64,000 nt of DNA from the NCBI RefSeq assembly GCF_009834535.1, contig NC_045696.1, positions 41,852,001 to 41,916,000 of the forward strand, written 5' to 3'. The notes under the pieces were generated by a model, which had not been told where the DNA came from, searched no databases, and worked only from the letters and a program-made list of their open reading frames with translations. Numbering within the stretch: position 1 is the stretch's first letter; each line of letters begins with the position of its first letter. The translations under genes and the position numbers were made by a program. Shown piece by piece: positions 39,104 through 51,715 of this stretch. Origin of the DNA: Camelus ferus (Eukaryota).

Positions 39104-39561
39104 TCAGACAGCTTCTGTCCCTTGCTGTTGTGCCAACACATAATTAACCACTTGCATAATACTTTGGTCAGAAAGTGTAGAGACTGAGGGACATTCTTCA
39201 GTAGCTGCAACAGCTTCAAGAGCTTCCATAGTTTCTCCTGTCACTACCACAGTTTCAAGTTCTTGAGGACCACTGCTTTCTTGTTCCTGCATATCTGCTG
39301 TTAAGATGCTAACAGCATGCTCCACTTGAGTTCCTTGGTTATGAAACTGAAGGGTATCTTTTTCCAGCATAATTTTGCAAGGCACATAATCTCTGTGGAA
39401 TTTAGTCATATGCTTACGGAGTGTCCGAGCGTCTATGTAGGCTTCACTACACACAGGACAGACGTAGGGCCGTTCACCAGTGTGTGTCCTGACATGGCGT
39501 TTCAGAGATCGGGCATCAGCCCAAGCTACTCCACATGTTAAGCACTCGAATGGCTTAACTC
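39104..39561 (-). CDS. ZBTB11: ZBTB11 exon 11 coding part (last two C2H2 fingers + C-terminus). As written it stops at 39104; the conserved-frame stop is at 39043-39045
   Basis: Acceptor aatag|GA GTT AAG; VKPFECLTC...HVRTHTGERPYVCPVC...; apparent extra G at 39119-39121. Confidence 0.92.
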
Positions 39562-40129
39562 CTATTAAAAAAGGAAGAAAAGAGGTGTGTGTGGTGAGGT
39601 GCCAAGGACCAAAATGCATCACAGTTGCCTGATAAATAGTGCTTTTCTTTAAGTACAGTAGCCCATAAACCTTTCTATCTTGACTATGGTGATCCTTTAT
39701 TTAGGACTGAATGGTTTCCCTCAGAATAAAGCAGATTCTGGACTATAATCTCTGCAAAGATGTTCCCATGGACGGAAGTTACTGAGAGACAATTCTGAGT
39801 TTCCGTGACTAGTCTCTTTTAAACTTCAGCGCAATCCTATAATCCTAAATAAGGAACCAGAAGCTTCAAGTAGTCTCTTTCAGAATAAAAATGCTGATAC
39901 GGAATATTAAGCTCACTAAAAAAGGAATCTATCTACACAAACAACAATTAGGTAGTCAGGTTCAAGATCACCTCTATCACTTGAATAAATCGTCCACAAC
40001 ATGGGATTAATCTCTTTGTCAAGGGAGGTGAGACACTAGGCAAGAGGAATGGTAAAGGGAGAGTTACTACTGGACAGGCTTTTACTCTACTTAAAGGCAA
40101 ACACACAGAACTACCGTAAGCACAGTTAC

Positions 40130-40305
40130 CTCCGTGGTTGTTCATGTGTCTCCTATACTCTCTCAGCTGGGTGAATTTTCTCCCACATTGCTCACACACC
40201 CGTTCCAGGTTTTGCTTTGCTCTTCCTTTTTTCCCATGGGTAGCTTTCTTTACATGCCTTCTGAACAGTGCCTTTTCATAAAATTCTTTGCCACATATAT
40301 TACAC
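40130..40305 (-). CDS. ZBTB11: ZBTB11 exon 10 (CNICGKEFYEK...HMNNH)
   Basis: tttag|G ... G|GTAACT, 176 nt, C2H2 fingers. Confidence 0.93.
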
Positions 40306-40417
40306 CTAAAATAAGGGAAAAACCAAATTATTTTTTTCAAAGCACCAGTATCCATAAGAATTATACCAAGTACATATGTATCTCAATTAAGTTCAGCTCC
40401 TCCTCAAATTTACCCAC

Positions 40418-40576
40418 CTGTAAGGCTCAGTAACAGAATGAGATTTCACATGGGAATACCAGTCCTTCTTCCAACTGTAGCACTTATCACAAAACTGGCA
40501 CTGGAATGGCTTCACGCCAAGATGTTTGTTCATGTGCTGGCGAAGATCTCTAGCTTCAAAGAAACTTTTTTCACAT
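40418..40576 (-). CDS. ZBTB11: ZBTB11 exon 9 (CEKSFFEARDLRQH...VTEPYR)
   Basis: gcag|A ... AG|GTGGGT, 159 nt. Confidence 0.93.
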
Positions 40577-40849
40577 CTGCAATAACAAAGTTCACTCATC
40601 CAACTGCATTAGCTTATTATTCTTTTAAAAGTTTCCAAGAATTCAGTATATTCTTGGGTTTCTAGAACTCTGTAAGATGATCCCAATTTAAAACAAACAA
40701 AAAAATTCCTAGTATTCCAAGACTGCAACAAGGCTGCAGGGTCTTAAGCTCTTTTAGCTCCAAAGGACTCCAAAGATTACAGGAAAGGACCCCGCACAGA
40801 TCCCAAAGGTTTTACAGACCATTATTTTCTATCTCCTCCTCAACCTCAG

Positions 40850-41232
40850 CTGGTCCCCACTATACATCCCTTTTCACCCTTTCCCATTCTCTGTCCATGT
40901 TGGGGTAGGCCTCACTCTTGACCATAAGGATAGAGCAACTAAGGGCTAGGTCAACCAGAGCACAGCATTCTCTTGGCCACAGTGATCCGTTCAGGGAGAA
41001 CCAAGTGACTCAACCAAATCCAAAGGGAGTGAACCTCAGGGCTTTTATAGGAACCACTTGAAAAGCAGCTTGACAATCTGCAGTTCGTAAGGAATGTGAG
41101 GCTGAAATCACTGCCTTGGAGCCTCAGAGGCATCAAGTGCTAACGAATCTGAATCCAATTTACATTAAACCATTCAGATTCCCAGACCTAACCTTTCATT
41201 CAAGTTGGGTTTTCTTACATTTACAACTAAAA
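40850..41232. mobile_element. MaLR (MLT1-like) LTR relic
   Basis: ggccacagtgat..ttcaggg...caagtgactcaa; gttgggttttct...ttacaactaaaa ending typical of MLT1 LTRs. Confidence 0.45.
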
Positions 41233-41241
41233 ATGTATGAA

Positions 41242-41332
41242 GCGGGAGGTACTGGGTTCAATCCCCAGTACCCCCATTAAATAAATAAATAAACCTAATT
41301 AACCACCCCTCCCCTCAAAAAATGCAAAAAAA
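41242..41332 (+). mobile_element. 5'-truncated tRNA-derived SINE
   Basis: GGGTTCAATCCCCAGTACCCCCA-(TAAA)n-CCTAATT. Confidence 0.8.
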
Positions 41333-41375
41333 GGGTATGAATAATAAAACTCTTTATATTAAAATAAGACTCATC

Positions 41376-42110
41376 AGAGTGACATCAGCAAACACAGCAG
41401 AGTAGGTAACTCCAAAAGCCCATCCTTCCACAAAAGCAGTGGGACAAACTGGCAAAAACTGTCAGAATCAATTTTATTGGAACTCTGGAAACTAATTAAA
41501 AGTTTACAGCAACCAGGTAAACATTTAATCGAGGAAAAAACTGTTGAATCTCCATAAGAGAGCTATGTGGCAATTTCAACTTACCCTGGCCCCATCCCCT
41601 GCTCCTCAGCTCAGTGGTCGGACAGACTGCATTCCCACTATGGGTTCCTAGTACCAGAGGGACTCATTCTCACAGAACTGTGGTTATGTTCAGCTATCTG
41701 GTGACTCCTTGCCCTTCAAAGGGCTTGCTTTTATTTAGCATAATTCCCTCAGGGCTGACGACTAAGGGAGAGGTAAGGAGTGGGGAGGAAGAGTTTGCTA
41801 AAAACATTTAAAAGCAAAAATATTAGCCACTGCCACTGGGGCAAGGAACAAGCAGTTCGGTGCAAACAATGTACAAACCAAAAGCTTGGGAGGAAAGGCT
41901 GGAGAATGAGATGCGTTGGGGGAATGAGGGCTTTGAAAAACTCTCACATATTCCCAGGAGTCTGTAAGTCCACACAGTTGCCCAGGGCTGGGCACATGCT
42001 CAGAGAAGACCTGAAAAGGCTTTAAGTTCTCACCAATGGCTGACAGCACAAACAGGAAAAGACCAAGGCAGAATTGTAAACTGCCTGGTAGGGTACTGAA
42101 GGCATTCAGG
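41376..42110 (+). mobile_element. Old L1 5'UTR-like fragment
   Basis: gtgacatcagcaa...aaaaactgtcagaatcaa...gaactctggaaa resembles eutherian L1M 5' ends. Confidence 0.45.
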
Positions 42111-42606
42111 AATTAGCAGTGATGCTAACACAATACTGTGAATGTACTAAAAGCTACTGAATTACACACTTTCAAATGATGAATTTTGTTACACGAATTT
42201 TACTTCAATGATAAAAAAGAGATTTCAGGAGGCTATGGAAAATGAAAAGAGGGAGAAAGGAGTCTGAATAAAGGCCAAACTAGCAGAGGGCCCAGTACTG
42301 CAGAGGAACTGCCTAGGAAGAAACTCCTGGGGGCATCAGGGACCCTTCTTTCCTATGGGGCCCACCCCCAGAGAGCACATTTGAAGAATCTCTTTAAACC
42401 ATTTTAGATGAAGTGATAGCATGGTATGAGATTTATAGCTAAATAAAACTGTTACATAAATAGGAACATTCTGACCAAAAAAAAAAACTGATTAAAATGA
42501 AGGACAAATGATAGTTTAATATTATCTTCATTCTCTTGTTTTTTTTTCAGTTTTACTGAGGTTTAATTTACAAATAAAATTATAAGACATTTAAAGTGTA
42601 CATTGT

Positions 42607-42742
42607 GGGGGAGGGCACAGCTCAGTGGTAGCGTGCATGCCTAGCACTGGGTTTAATCCCCAGTACTGTCATTAAAAAACAAACAAACAAATAAACAAAC
42701 AAATAAATAAATAAACAAACCCAACCCCTTCTCCCCCAAAAA
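42607..42742 (+). mobile_element. tRNA-Ala-derived SINE nested in an antisense L1 3' end (~42540-42935)
   Basis: SINE body with internal deletion; flanks aaagtgtacattgtg / aaagtgcactgtg form a degenerate TSD. Confidence 0.82.
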
Positions 42743-43018
42743 GGTGGACAAGTTAAAAGTGCACTGTGATGATTTAACAGATGTATACACCATGAAAGGA
42801 TTCTTCCCACTCGTTAACACAACACCTCAGATATGTGTGTGTATCTATATATGGAAAATTACATATGAATATTCACATTCTTCTCTCTTACCAAAGTTCA
42901 ATCATACAATACAGTGTTATCAACTATAGTCACCTCAAGTGTTTTCTTTTCAACTTCCAAATAAACTGAATACGAACAAAAGGAAATTAACTGAAAGGTT
43001 CACATACTAAATACTTAC

Positions 43019-43136
43019 TGAGTACAATGGTAGCCTCGAACCTCAGGCTTTGGCTGGTGTTTCTTTAGGTGCTTGCTGAGTCCAGAGCCCCTGTGAAAAG
43101 ACTTTCCACAAACTGCGCAAAGGTACTTGGACTCGC
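43019..43136 (-). CDS. ZBTB11: ZBTB11 exon 8 (ESKYLCAVCGKSFHRGSGLSKH...GYHCTQ)
   Basis: atag|GC GAG TCC ... CA|GTAAGT, 118 nt, phase fits exons 7 and 9. Confidence 0.92.
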
Positions 43137-43689
43137 CTATGAAAAATAAAAACCAAATCCAGCAATTAGAGGCTCTTCCAACAGAATGCTTTATGTCATA
43201 TTTCAGAAGTTATTTTATCAAGGGGACACGGAAGCTATAACATTTGGCATCCGCCTTCTAAGAATAGCAAACTATGTCAAAATTCCTATTTCCTCACTAG
43301 CACAGTACTAGCAAGGCTACTACTACCCGAAGAGGGTGATGTGCTTGCAGGATCACCTGGATTATAACCGTGTAGAGCTGCAGACAAGTTCTAGAGCAGG
43401 TTACCTACCCTTCATTAGCCATTTCCACACGACTGCTTTAAACATCTGAAAATAAGTTATGTGTGGACTAAAATTCTAATACAATTATTAGCCACCTTGC
43501 ATGATGACAGTTCTATCTGCCTACTGCTTAGCTTTTTAAAAGCAAGACCATCTCTTTAGGTGCCTGGATCTAAATGATTTTTATTTCATACTTGACATAC
43601 ATTTTTCTACACTGAGGGAAACAATGAATATTTTTACACTAGTAAGATAGCTCTGAAACTAGATTTAACAACTTTTTGTTTCTTTTTGA

Positions 43690-44025
43690 TCCTTGTGTGT
43701 CTGGATTCTCTGAGCATCATGTCTTCAAGGTTCATCCATGTTGTAGCACATGTCAGAATATCCTTCCATTTCATGGCTGAATAATATTCTGTTGCATGGA
43801 TGGACCACATTTGTCTGTACATTCATCTGGTGATGAATACTTGAGTCATATCCACCCTTTGTCTATTGTGGATAATGCTGCTATGAATGTGGGTGTGAAG
43901 GCTCTACCTTCCACTTTCTTCTGTATATATTCAGAAGTGGCATTCCTAGATTATAGGGTAATTCTGTTTTAAAAAACCACCAAAATGTTTTGCAAAGCAG
44001 TTGCACCATTCTATGTCCCTACTAC
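43690..44025 (-). mobile_element. L1 ORF2 C-terminal relic
   Basis: ORF 43634-43822 WSIHATEYYSAMK...ATTWMNLEDMML matches the L1 ORF2 C-terminus. Confidence 0.8.
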
Positions 44026-44593
44026 TTGTGTATGTGTTTGCATTGAGAAACTGCAAGAATAAATAAGAGAAGTATGCTGAAGAGATTCAGTTTTTAGATG
44101 GAGAAAATCTAGGCATTGCTTTTAACAACATGTCAATTAAAGAGCATTTTAAAAAATAACCAGCATAACAGGGACACTTGACTAGCATTTGAGTGGGACA
44201 TCTGCAGATGGAAAGATGTCTTAAAAAGAAAAGTTAAATTAAAGCACATATTAATCTGAGTTTTCATTTAGAAAAGAGAATGACCAGCTTCAAGCAAAAT
44301 GGTTTCTCAGAGTGTTGTTTTACGCAGGAATAGACTGGGACACCAGGCAATGCTTTGCAAATTCAGAAGAGAAACATGGGGTTGGACTCTCAGGATCCTG
44401 CAGGGTTGAGGAGCTGAGCAGTAGTGGGGACCCTAGGAGGTGGGTTTTCCCCTCCCTCCCAGGGTAGACATTTCATGGATCTTGGCAGGGGATTCCTTGG
44501 TTCTTCCAGGAGGGCAGCAGGGACAAAATGGAAAGATTGAGCAGGGTCATTTTAAACTTGAATATTTCTCCTTGCTTAGCAATGGGGTTAAAC

Positions 44594-44790
44594 CAGGGTC
44601 TTCTAACCCCTGCACTGTGGACATTTGGGGCTCGGTTTGGGGGACGTCCTGTGCATTGTAAGGTGTTGAGCAGCATCCCTGGCCTCCAGATTTTGATGCC
44701 AGGAGCACCCCCTAGTTGTAACAATCACAAATATCCCCAGACATTGCCCCTGGGGATGGGGGGACAAACTGCCCTGGTTGAGACCCTCTG
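44594..44790. mobile_element. MER20 (hAT-Charlie) MITE
   Basis: CAG...CTG ends; MER20 motifs (gacatttggggc, cctgtgcattgtaag, cagcatccctggcctc, ccagacattgcc); perfect 8-bp TSD GGTTAAAC. Confidence 0.9.
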
Positions 44791-45316
44791 GGTTAAACCC
44801 GCTTAACTAGAATGAATAACAGGATTTGCTTGTAAAATTAGCATTTTTTTGCCTGGCAGAGTCAAGAGGTCCCCTTCGCCTCCTGTACAGGTGGAAAAAC
44901 AAGGCTGGAGGTGGCTGGGGTCCTAGACCAGAACTGGAACCTGATGGCACCCAAGTCTCTGGGGACAGACCCCTAGAGCCACATGGCAGCAGCAAACTGC
45001 ACTCAGTGGGCGACTGCAAGTGGGTGTCATGTGCCCCTCTGCCACAGTCTCTTTACTCTGCTAATTTCCCAAAGAGTCCCCAGGATCTGACTTTTCCCTA
45101 CTGCCCTGATGGGTCTTGAAGCCTCAACTCAACATTTGCCCTGCGTTCCTGCTCATCACTGATTTAACAACTTTTAAACTTTACTCTCATTAATAAAAAA
45201 CTGCACGCATATAGCCATTAGTATATCAATACAATTTCCAAAATACTTACTGTGTAATCAATATAATAACAAAGAGTATATAGTGTGTAATCAGGTCAAT
45301 ATGAATTTCTCATTAC

Positions 45317-45461
45317 CTGTGTGAATACTCATGTGTTCCTGAAGACTCCGTTTGGTAACAAATGACTTAACACACAGTTCACACTGGAACTGCTTTTGTG
45401 ATTGATGGAGACTCTGGTGTAATTTTAGACCATGCTTGTAGATGAAAGTCTTTCCACAGAC
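45317..45461 (-). CDS. ZBTB11: ZBTB11 exon 7 (VCGKTFIYKHGLKLH...HMSIHT)
   Basis: ttag|GTC ... G|GTAATG, 145 nt. Confidence 0.93.
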
Positions 45462-46237
45462 CTAAGACAGCACAGGTGTTTAAACCATTAAAACAGAAAG
45501 AGAGATAGGGGCTGTTTCTGAAGAATGAGGACAGAGAAACTAGTAAGCCATTTAAATAAAAAAACCTAAAAAAGAAACAGAATGACAAAGCTGAAACAAG
45601 GGTCAAGGATTTTAGCTGGCTGATCATCTTCTGATTCAGTATTTTACAAATACTGCTATTTATTTTTTACATCCATGTAATCTTTGGACGAACTCAGAAC
45701 AGTACCGAAGAAATCCCTGTCCTTTGTGAGACCGGTAAACAGTATACCTTGAATTACAAGAGCCATAGGAGCCTAATCAAGAACAACACACTCACTTCCT
45801 GCTGTACCAGCCAGAACAGTGCTTCTCAAACTCTCTGAGAAGGAACTGAGATGAGGAACCAGTTTCTTTCTTTCTCCAGTCCACTGGAGAGAGGTTTTTT
45901 GTTAAACACAATAAAAATGTCGCAACAATGTCAAAATGCCATGACAGTTTCTACATGTTTATTCTCCATTTTTGTACTTATCTTCCATGAACCACACATT
46001 TTGAGCAGTGCCATACTAGAAGACCAGAGGCCCAGTTAACACTTAGTTTTTAAATTTATGAATAAAATGATACTTAGGACTTGGCTGCAAAATAACTGAA
46101 GAGAGTGGGAAGTAAAGGAGGGACAACACACATAAAACACAATTGACCGTGTGCTGATAGCTATTGAAGCCGGGTGAAAGGTACCAAAGGGTCTATTCTA
46201 TTCTCTTACATTCTTTTTTCATATATTAAAAAGCTTA

Positions 46238-46270
46238 AAAAAAAAAAAAAAAGAGAGAGAGAGAGAGAGA
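46238..46270. repeat. A-run + (GA)n microsatellite at the tail of an L1 3' fragment
   Basis: Directly visible in the sequence. Confidence 0.7.
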
Positions 46271-46823
46271 AACATTAAAAATCTCAATGGTTCCCAAACT
46301 GTTTATTAATCAAAACAGTGGGTCATTCTTATATGCAAGGCTACAGATACCACTAGAAAATTTTGTTTCTAAATAGCCCAGAGCTGGCTAATCCCAGGAT
46401 TCTTTACTTAGGAATCACATTTCGGCATTTAGGAACCCTCAGACCTCAGCTCTAGAGGCTACACAGCTTAGGCAGAATTTTTGCTAAGCAGATTTGTTTG
46501 AGCCATTCGTTCCCTTCCAGTTCAGACTGGTCCTGCTGAAGGTTAAGTGAAGACGGGGATGATGAATTGGTTATTCTCACCCAGTACCTCCTTCGAATCC
46601 TAGCAAGTTTCATAAATAACCTAAATACATTCATTTCAAATAACAACTTCAGACAAGAAACTAAAGAGCACAACTGGGAATCACCCTTGACCTAGGCAAC
46701 AAACTGAAGAAGTTATGGAATTCCTGTAACATTTTACAAAAGGGTGACTCCAGAACCAACCAGTCTTATCACCAGTTAAGTTTGAATCTTCTTTAAATAA
46801 CAAAATTAATGTTGCGGCTTTAC

Positions 46824-47069
46824 CTGGCATGCATGTGGCTTTACACCTGTGTGCTTTAACATATGTATTCGAAGAGAATATAATTTAGGTAATGTCCTTC
46901 CACATATGGAACATATAAATTCTCGTTTGGTTCTGCCCTTCTCAGATGATGATCCTGATGCCTCATTAGATGTAGAATTGGAAGAAGACGAAGGAGGTGG
47001 ATCTTTCCTCGTATGTCGAATAAGGTGTGCTCGCAATGAGGCACTGTACTGAAACTGTTTTTTACACAA
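46824..47069 (-). CDS. ZBTB11: ZBTB11 exon 6 (LCKKQFQYSASLRAH...KPHACQ)
   Basis: ttttag|TTG ... CAG|GTAAAG, 246 nt. Confidence 0.94.
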
Positions 47070-49731
47070 CTAAAAGAAAAAGTAAATAAAATTCTGTCTG
47101 AATATATTTCCATTACAAATGTTAAGTGAAACAACTTTCCATTTCTTTGTTACAATTATATAAATCAAAAGACATATATTATGTAAAAGGCAGTATGCTA
47201 GGGACCAGAGTACATAGATAAAAGGGACAGACCCGGCTCCTCTCTGCAGAGGGTTATAATCTAACCACAGAGACAGGATGTGAGAAGGAGCAATCAGTAA
47301 GGAAAGGCGTCATCAGTGAGGCTGGTTCTGGAAGGAACTGTAACATACAGGCAAAGACAAGAATACAACCATTATATGAGAACTAACAGTTGTCAGGTGG
47401 AGCAAAAATAGGGGCTGGAAAAAGTAGGATAAAACTGTAATAGTCTTTGGATTTTACCCTGTAGCTGTTGAAGTTTTTGTTCTTTATTTTAAAATCAATG
47501 TTATATATTGTCAGTCTACAAAACTTTTTAAAAATAAAACTGCCTGTTGGTTCACTACCTCTACTTTTTTGACTCTTTTGATGATTATCTTTGTTAACTC
47601 TAAGTAATATGAATAATGGGCAATGACTCCCTCCTTCAACTCTCCACTCCTTACACGCACGCAAATCCTTGCCGTCACCCTTTCTCAATACAGCTTTGTT
47701 GTCATTTTGATGAGATCACCTTCAGTGTTTACATTATTTAAATGATGTAAATATTATTACAGCCAGGCCATATTGTACAGTATGACCCTCTTTCCTTTCT
47801 TCCCCAACTCCAGAAATTTCTTTCCTTTTTTTTTAATTGAAGTACGGTCATGTACTTTCTGGTGTACAGCACAATGCCCCAGTCATGCATATATATACAT
47901 ATATTTGACTTTTTGTCTTCTATTTCCCCTATTTCTCTTTGTATTTACTAATTCATCATCATCAAACCCTTCCCTCATTCATCTGCTGAGAGAAGGTAGA
48001 AAACACATCACCTTGTGGGAGATCTCTGTCAAAGAACTATGTCAACGATCTGGGGTGGATGTGTCCCATGCTCAGACTCCTCACAGGTGTGGACTCCAAG
48101 CTTCCCACTCCCCATGTCCTGCTCATTTTAGTGGAACATCTCTGCCAATAGCTTCCTGAGAAAGGGAGTTTGGGAGGTAAAACTATGCAGACAACGTGTA
48201 TCTGAAACAGCTCTTATTCTACCATCACAAATATAGCTTGACTGTTGATTCCAAGTTAGAACTGACTGATTCCCTCTCAGTGCTGTAAAGACATTGTGCC
48301 TCTGTCTGCTAGACCCTACTGCTGCCACCAAAAGTACTGGTGCCATTCTTGTCCTTTCCCTTTCCATCGGCCTGACCATCTTTTTTCTCTCTTGCATTTG
48401 TAAGATTTTTTGTCCCTTGGTTCTGAAATTCCATAATATATCTTGGCACAGATTTATTTTCATCCATGGTGATTGGCATTCTAAAGTTCTGAAATTTTTC
48501 TTTACTGCACTAACGCGTTCTTTCTCTCTCTCCATGCTCTCTATTTGGAATTATCTGGCTATGAGAAGACAACCTAGACCAATCTTCTAAATTTCTTTCA
48601 CTCCCTTCTAACTTGTCTTTTGCTTTATTTTCTGGGTGATTTAGTCAATTATTTTTCTGAGATTTTTGTATGTTATTATTATATATATTATTCCTGAAAA
48701 ACTCTTCTGTTCTCCTAAGGTACTCTTTTAAAAACACAGTACCTGGTTACTGTTTCACTGAGGTAACTTTTTCATTTATCTCGGATATAAATCATACTTT
48801 GTCGTTTTTGTTTTGTTTTGTTTTGGTTGTTTGTTTGTCTGTTTGAGTTTTATTCTCACTGTATAGTCTGGGATTCCTCCAAGTTGCATTTTTCCCCATG
48901 AAATACCTGTCATGAGTCTGCACCCCTGATGCTACTGGAAATTTCTGTGTAAGTAGGGGAGTAAATTGCTGATCACAGGCTTTTTAGTGAGTGGTATCTT
49001 TAGGTCTTCTGTTACTGGGATTCAGATTTCACATCTCTAAGAAATCTTTGCTTTAGGGTTAAGGATCTGGCTAATACTCTGGGACTTGAGCAGGGAAAGA
49101 GAACTTGAAAGGATTCAATATGTAAGCTTTTACTTTCCCCTGTTTGAGGTACAGTACATTCACCTTCACTGTTCAGTGTTCCCTAAAGCAGTTATGGTTT
49201 ACCTTTTTCAGAGAGTAGAAGATGGATCTTTGGCTGAAAAGGTGGTGGTAGTGATTTACTTGCTTCTTAAAAAGACGTTTCTAACAACCAGAGTCCCCTC
49301 TACTTTGAAGGTAGCCCATACTGTTAACTCCTGAGTCTTTTGGTAGTTCTGCAATGCAATTTGGATTCTTAGTTTCCCCTACGGAAAGCCTGGGAATGAG
49401 TGCTTTCAAATCTGCTGAATCAGACTCCATCTACCTATCAGAGCCCAGAATTTAGTTACCAAGGTCTCCTGTTTTTTGCCTTTCTATGAGCTTATATTTT
49501 TTAAATGATTGTTTTACTGTCATCTTACCAGGGTATCAAAAAGAAGCAGAAGTAAGTCATTGAATTTTCTTTTTTGGCAAGAAAATGACATGTACAAATC
49601 AGAAGATGACTCATAGCAACATAACGGAGACAGAGAGAAAACACAAATGGTCAGATAAAAATGACGCAGTAAGTTGGATTCTATTTATAATGGAGTTAGA
49701 GTCGTCTTTAAGTAGCTTTCCAGATACTTAC

Positions 49732-49911
49732 TGGACACTTGTAATCTCTAGCTCTTTCATGTTTCAGTATATGCTTTATAAGGGCATATCGTCTCTGAAA
49801 AACCATTCCACATTCCCCACATTTATGGGATGCTTCTTCTTCAGTATTCTCTTTAGCATCCCTTTTTGGCTGTTTCATCTTTTTTCCTCTTTGAACTAAT
49901 TTCTGAGCCAC
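49732..49911 (-). CDS. ZBTB11: ZBTB11 exon 5 (VAQKLVQRGKK...HKCGECGMVF...DYKCP)
   Basis: attag|GTG ... CCA|GTAAGT, 180 nt. Confidence 0.94.
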
Positions 49912-50138
49912 CTAATTAAGGGACAGAAAACACAATCTAAATATACTCATTTTGATTTTTAAAGTCATATTATAAATATCTCAAATCCACATCATCTTAT
50001 TAACAATGGTATTTCAAACACTAAATTGCTTTCCTGCAACCACTCCCCTTTACCCGCCAATTTTCACCGTAAGTTTGTCAACAGAATGCTTTCAACTTAA
50101 AAGTTAAAACTAAAAAGTGAACTCCTTTTTCATCATAC

Positions 50139-50983
50139 CTGTTGAACGGCTGACTTGGAAATGGCTTTCCGCTTCTGCAGCTTTTTCTCCATTCCTTTGT
50201 GTAGTCGGATATATCCCCCTTCGTTAACAGAACGCTGCCGAAGCCTGCTTCTGTAAGTCTCATCATCAGGACCGAGGTCTGTCTCTGCTGGTGGTTCAGC
50301 TAGGTTTTCCTGGTCTTTGAAAGACTGCCCAAGGTTCTGCCTGTGCTCTGGAGTATCTTCAGCACAGACATCCTCAGTTGCTGTGTCATTTCCCACATCG
50401 CTGTTTTCTGGAGAGCTACTGATTACATTCTCTTTTGAAAGCTCAGGATGAGTACTGGAAACTGTGCTATCTTCTTTGCTGTTTACAGTTTCTAGTTCTT
50501 TCTGGTTGCTTTTTCTTACTAAGTCAACAGACTCCATTTCAGAATGGGAATCAGTTCCACAGCCTACAGGTGACAGAGTGGCTTCAGCCTGTGAAGAGAC
50601 CAGGGGCTCAGGCTGCTGTCCTAGCTCTCTGTTCTGCTCAGCTTCTGGCAACTCTCCGTTCACCAGCAGTACAATTTCACAATCCCCAAGTTCAGTGGAT
50701 AAAGCGGTTGTGGCTCCCTCACTGCTAGACACAGGAGGTGCTGTACCTCCATTCTGTGCTGGTAAGTCCTGGGTAGATGCAACTGTTTGTACTTCACCCT
50801 TCTTATACACTGTTAGCTGCTTCTCTTCCATTAGTTTATGTACACTTTCACAGATTTCTAAAACTTCTGACATGAAAAGATGACGAGCCAAGATGGCTAC
50901 ATCAGCCATGCTACAGAAGTCAAAACTTAGCACAGAAGTATAGGCAAATTCTAGTAAAGGAAGGAAGCTTGCTTTACAAAAAC
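50139..50983 (-). CDS. ZBTB11: ZBTB11 exon 4 (C-terminal half of BTB domain + acidic linker)
   Basis: atag|GT TTT TGT ... CAG|GTATGA, 845 nt; FCKASFLPLLEFAYTS...LFMSEVLEIC. Confidence 0.95.
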
Positions 50984-51495
50984 CTATACGAAACAAGAAA
51001 GATGGAGGACAAAAAAGTCAAATCACTACTAAGACACCTTATAAGAACAATTAATATATGATTATGACAATATAAAATAGAATATAAAGGCAAATGCGAT
51101 CATTTCTTCTGCAATTAAACACCCTGGATTTGTTTTGTGTCCTGGTTGCTTATTAAGCCTTGACTAACTCACTTTTATGAGCCGAGTCTCTCAATACCTA
51201 AAATAGAAAATAATATCAGACTTACTACCTCAAAGAGTTGTTGTAAGGCAGTCATTTTCAAACTGTACTCCTTAGAACCCCGGGGGTTCCTCAAATTCCC
51301 CTCAAGAAACAGCTGCTGGAGAATGGAGGGTAAAAAAAGAGAGGGAGGCAGGTGAGTAGGCAGGGTTCAACCAACCTGTCTCCTAACCTGACTGCAGTTA
51401 AGTATGGCTGTGTATTTTAATAATAGAAGTGCATATGAAAATCTGACTGTGAACAAAGGCTCCTACTACTAAAAACTTAAAAACAAAGCCTAAGG

Positions 51496-51715
51496 CAGGG
51501 GGCAGGCAAAATTTTTCTGTAAGAATTACATAGTAAATATTTCAGGCCACCAAGTGTCTTGCAACCACTCGATTCTGTTTTGTAGTTACAAAGAGAAGCC
51601 CATTTATACGCATAAATAATATGCATACAAATGGGTGTGGCTGTGTTACAATTTGATTTACAAAAAGGGAGGGAAAGGGGGACTGATCTTTAGATATAGT
51701 TTGTTTATCCTTGGT
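51496..51715. mobile_element. MER58A-like hAT MITE
   Basis: caggggg..ggcaaa.ttttctgtaa...tagtaaatattt..aggc...aaatgggtgtggctgtgtt.caat. Confidence 0.7.

Noticed and set aside
47383..49334. Several 80-135 aa ORFs in ZBTB11 intron 5
   Set aside because: Low-complexity or degenerate L1-derived sequence; no splice or homology support.
50435..50883. Plus-strand ORFs of 97 and 139 aa
   Set aside because: Antisense shadows of ZBTB11 exon 4.
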